The notes beneath the pieces are model-generated. The model saw only the letters and a list, made by a program, of their open reading frames with translations. It did no database searches and was not told where the DNA came from. This document shows positions 60,711-64,000 of a DNA stretch of 64,000 nt, one piece after another. Location of the stretch: contig CBDBOV010000004.1 of the NCBI GenBank assembly GCA_965208575.1, positions 480,001 to 544,000 of the forward strand. Reading direction: 5' to 3'. Every line of letters begins with the position of its first letter. Position 1 is the stretch's first letter. Made by a program: the position numbers and the translations under genes. The DNA comes from Spirochaetia bacterium. GTDB lineage: Bacteria > Spirochaetota > Spirochaetia > SZUA-6 > Bin103.

Positions 60711-61280
60711 GTTGGAGTAGGCGATGACCATCGCTGATCACCCCCTCCACAGATCCCGGCGAGCGGAGCTACCGCACCGGGCTCCTGCCTCAGGTATGAC
60801 GCCAAGGCGGTGCAAGGGATAGGGATGGCACACTCGGGGCGGTGGCAACCAGTGGTCGAGCAGACGGCTCATCCGCTCCCAGGTAAGCCGGGTTTTTTGA
60901 CTGCGCCGCCGCATCGACCGATACCAGAGCCGACCAACCCGGAGGCGGAACAGGCGGAGTGCGCGGGGGTTCGTGGGCACCCCGTAGTATCGCAGGTGCC
61001 CACCCACAACCGAGCGCAGCCAGCTTCCCACCTCCGCGACCGAATCGTGCAGGCGCCGCCGAGGCTTGGTCTTCACCTGCCCCAGCTTGGCCTGCAACCG
61101 CTTCCGCATCGTCTGCCTGAGCGCCGTAACCGTCCGTCACTCCACTTCGTCGCGCAGATGTGCGTGAACCCCAGGAAGTCGTACGAGCGACGGCGCATGA
61201 CTCGGGGCCGCCGTGGGTCGGTAACCCTTCGACGTATGACTCTTCCATTCACAACACCTTGCCGGTTTTTGCCGGCGCAC
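60711..61280 (-). mobile_element. Miniaturised group II intron retaining both ends (570 nt)
   Basis: 5' GTGCG at 61280; domain V GAGCCCGGTGCGGTAGCTCCGCTCGCCGGGATC at about 60784-60752; domain VI ends ...CTACTCCAAC at 60711; maturase fragment inside. Confidence 0.88.
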
Positions 61281-61291
61281 AGGAGGTTCGA

Positions 61292-61327
61292 ATGATACTC
61301 AAAGACCCGCACGCGCGCGCGGCGTGA
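61292..61327 (+). CDS. Putative leader peptide MILKDPHARAA
   Basis: AGGAGG(61281)-N5-ATG. Confidence 0.6.
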   Translation: MILKDPHARAA

Positions 61328-61470
61328 GCCGGGGCGAACCCGGTGAGTCACACGCCGCGCGCGTCACCCATTCGACTCTGTCTGGCCGCCTGCGTTGCGG
61401 GCGCGAGACTAGCCAGGGAGCGGCAAGTCGCTCCGCAATACTCTCGAAAAATCCACATAGGGAGAAACCT

Positions 61471-63261
61471 ATGAACATTGTAAGAATTAGAATGACCTTC
61501 GCGTTTGCGTTGGTCCTGATTCTGAGCGCAACCGGCCTGTGGGCCGCCGGCGCAGAAGAGGCGCCGGCAGCCGCTGCCGACAAGAAGTACGTTACCGACC
61601 CCTCCACCGGCAAGGTGGTGACCGCGCCAGAGTACGGCGGGACAATAACCTACGCCAAAGCAGGAGAGCCGCCGAATCCTGACTACATGGTCTCTGCTCA
61701 CGGTCATGGTGCCTTTACCTCTGGCGTTTTAGGGAGGCTGGTAACCGCGGACTGGGCAACGCCCAGAGACAAACATGACTTCGTGTTTCACAACGTTCCA
61801 ACTAACACGATAGGGGGTCTGGCTGAAAGCTGGTCGCAGCCCGACCCACTGACTTATATCGTCAAAGTCCGCCAGGGCGTTCACTGGCACGACAAGGCAC
61901 CGATGAACGGTCGCGAGCTGACTGCCGATGATATCGAGTTCAACTATCACCGTATCTTGGGCCTTGGCAGCGGTTTCACCGAACGTAGTGAACGTGCTAG
62001 TAGCTGGAAGGGTATGCAATTTGAATCGATAACGGCCACCGACAACTGGACGGTTGTTTTTGAGCTAAAGGAGCTAAACCTCCGTGCGCTGGCTGTTATC
62101 CTCGACGACTGGAGTACTGCGATATATCCCCCCGAGGTAATCAGGGAACACGGCGACGCGACCGACTGGCGCAACCTGGTCGGCACCGGACCCTGGATGC
62201 TGACTGACTACGTCGAGGGCAGCTCTATCACCTGGGAAAAGAATCCTGACTACTGGGGCTTCGACGAAAAATACCCGCAGAACCGGCTGCCCTATATTGA
62301 CCGGTTAAGGGCACTGATTATGCCAGAGGCAGCGACACGCCTAGCGGCACTGCGCACGGGTGGGGTTGATTACATGGGTCTGATCGGGGGAACTCAAATG
62401 ACGAGTCTCGACCAGATAAGGAGCCTCCAGCGGACCAACCCCGAACTCGTGTGGTGGCCAATTTACAATCGGTCGGATAATGCGTTTGGTATGAACGTTC
62501 AGTTGCCTCCCTTCGACGACATCAGGGTGCGCAAAGCTATGCAAATGGCAATAAACCTCGAGGAAATTAACAACGCCTATTATGGAGGTACTGCAGATGT
62601 GATACCTCAGGGGCCTCTTACCGTGATGATGACAGAGATTGTCACCCACTTTGAAGATTGGCCCGAAGATGTCAAGAAGGTCTTTGACTACGACCCGGAA
62701 GGTGCCGAAGCGTTGCTTGATGAGGCCGGATATCCTCGCGGCGCGGACGGCATTAGATTTAAGACCGAGTTGCTGCACAGCGAGGCGTTCGATGTAAACT
62801 ATCTAGAATTAGTCGCTTCATACTGGAATAAGATTGGCGTTGATGTAGAGATTGACCTAGCGCCAAGAGCTGAAATTGTTGCTAGAAGTCGTGAGCGGGA
62901 TTTCGAAATGAAAGGTGCGAACGCGGCCCAGAAGTGGTTCCCAATGGTAATGCTAAATAACCTTACGTCGGGAATGCTATGGAACTCGTCCAATGTCGAC
63001 GACCCAGCTTATGACGCCATGTATGAAGCCGCCGGAGCCGCTACCACCCTCGAGGAGCAGAACAGGATAGCTGGAGAGATGAATCAGTATGCAATAGAGA
63101 AGTTCTGGACGATATGGGGTCCCATGCCCCCAAAGTTTCAGCCGACCCAGCCGTGGGTTAAAGGTTTTAACGGTGAATTCGCAATCGGAACCGGTCAACT
63201 ACACCAAGTCTTCGCCCGACTGTGGATTGATAGTGAGCTGAAGGAAGCAATGGGTCATTAG
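61471..63261 (+). CDS. Family-5 SBP, cassette 5 (inverted)
   Basis: Signal peptide; LAESWS, WHDKAPMNGRELTA, YWGFDEKYPQNRLPY. Confidence 0.92.
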   Translation: MNIVRIRMTFAFALVLILSATGLWAAGAEEAPAAAADKKYVTDPSTGKVVTAPEYGGTITYAKAGEPPNPDYMVSAHGHGAFTSGVLGRLVTADWATPRDKHDFVFHNVPTNTIGGLAESWSQPDPLTYIVKVRQGVHWHDKAPMNGRELTADDIEFNYHRILGLGSGFTERSERASSWKGMQFESITATDNWTVVFELKELNLRALAVILDDWSTAIYPPEVIREHGDATDWRNLVGTGPWMLTDYVEGSSITWEKNPDYWGFDEKYPQNRLPYIDRLRALIMPEAATRLAALRTGGVDYMGLIGGTQMTSLDQIRSLQRTNPELVWWPIYNRSDNAFGMNVQLPPFDDIRVRKAMQMAINLEEINNAYYGGTADVIPQGPLTVMMTEIVTHFEDWPEDVKKVFDYDPEGAEALLDEAGYPRGADGIRFKTELLHSEAFDVNYLELVASYWNKIGVDVEIDLAPRAEIVARSRERDFEMKGANAAQKWFPMVMLNNLTSGMLWNSSNVDDPAYDAMYEAAGAATTLEEQNRIAGEMNQYAIEKFWTIWGPMPPKFQPTQPWVKGFNGEFAIGTGQLHQVFARLWIDSELKEAMGH

Positions 63262-63349
63262 TGGCTGACCTTAGGGAAAAAGGGAGCTGGGAGGCTCAAG
63301 CTTCCCAGCTCCCTAACTCGTTGAATAATGAGAGGGGGCCCTTCTTACT

Positions 63350-63590
63350 GTCATCCCGGACTTGATCCGGGATCCAGGAGTGATTGGCCTAGATTCCGGG
63401 TCAAGCCCGGAATGACAAATCAAACCAATCACCACTCTTCGCAAGCGTCACCGTCATTCCGGCCCCGATTCCAATGCGGGGCAGGCTTTTCGCCGGAATG
63501 ACGAGAGCCTGCCCCGTACCTGATACCGGGGTTGGGATATACCGCAATGACAAAAGAGGGCTTGCAATGACGGGGGGAATCGCAATGAGG
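63350..63590. repeat. Cluster of REP/RPE-like palindromes
   Basis: GTCATCCCGGACTTGATCCGGGATC ... GATTCCGGGTCAAGCCCGGAATGAC; GTCATTCCGG..CCGGAATGAC; GCAATGAC repeats as at 20150-20210. Confidence 0.7.
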
Positions 63591-63598
63591 TGTAGCAC

Positions 63599-64000
63599 AT
63601 GAGAGCCTATATCATCAGGCGGCTATTGCTCATAATCCCCACCCTTTGGATATTGACCATCCTGGTCTTTCTCTCGGTCCGCTTCATCCCCGGCGATGTA
63701 ATAGACGCAATGGTGGCTAGGTTAGAATCGGAGAATTTCGGGCTGGTCGAGATTGACCGTGAAGCTCTTGAGCGTATGCTGGGATTAGACGTGCCGGTTC
63801 ACGTACAGTACGGACGCTGGATAGGAGTGTTGCCGACCCCTGACTGGTTTACCGGTGAGTATTACTACAACGGTCTCCTCCAGGGCACCTTTGGCGAATC
63901 ACTGATGGGCGTTTTTTCGGTAGAGGAGAAGATAATAGGTAGACTGCCAGTAACCATTGAGCTTGGTGTCCTGGCAATCGTAATCGGGCTCCTGATAGCG
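63599..64000 (+). CDS. ABC permease (OppB-like), cassette 5; truncated by the window edge
   Basis: MRAYIIRRLLLIIPTL...GLDVPVHVQYGRWIGVLPTPDWVTGE. Confidence 0.9.
   Translation, partial: MRAYIIRRLLLIIPTLWILTILVFLSVRFIPGDVIDAMVARLESENFGLVEIDREALERMLGLDVPVHVQYGRWIGVLPTPDWFTGEYYYNGLLQGTFGESLMGVFSVEEKIIGRLPVTIELGVLAIVIGLLIA

Noticed and set aside
61269-61299. Hybrid promoter with -35 from the intron 5' end and -10 GATACT
   Set aside because: The spacer is 19 nt and GATACT is better explained as ATG ATA CTC of the leader peptide.
61345-61378. Pseudoknot GAGUC/GACUC in the leader
   Set aside because: Not preserved in copy 1, where both segments read GACUC.
61385-61445. Cobalamin or SAH riboswitch (AGCCAGG, GCGTTGCG...GCCAGG)
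   Set aside because: The B12 box and GCCACTG are missing, as is the SAH CCGAGGAG/CUCGG stem; only short word matches remain.

Overview
This is GC-rich bacterial DNA. The Cys-free 'LWAAGAEEE' type signal peptides suggest a spirochaete, but that is an inference. The window is dominated by seven family-5 (Opp/Dpp/Nik-type) ABC importer units, each a substrate-binding protein (SBP) plus permeases, with no ATPase gene anywhere. Five of these units (18-23, 25-29.6, 40-45.7, 52-58.5 and inverted 60.4-64 kb) are copies of one amplified cassette in which the permeases are conserved and the SBPs are strongly diversified. Each copy carries the same upstream regulatory region: TTGACA promoter plus micro-ORF units, a slippage-prone poly-G/C tract (absent from the inverted copy), a conserved Shine-Dalgarno-led 11-codon leader peptide (MILKE/DPHARAA*) whose end lies in a GC hairpin, and a G-U-covarying RNA structure just before the SBP start. 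A group II intron, whose EBS1 reads AGGAGG, has inserted antisense exactly at the leader-peptide SD in four copies, and one copy is the empty allele. Between the cassettes are toxin-antitoxin modules, stacked IS elements sitting 14-15 bp upstream of -35 boxes, a small oxidoreductase/protease operon, and many telescoped gene fragments. No rRNA, tRNA or CRISPR array was seen.
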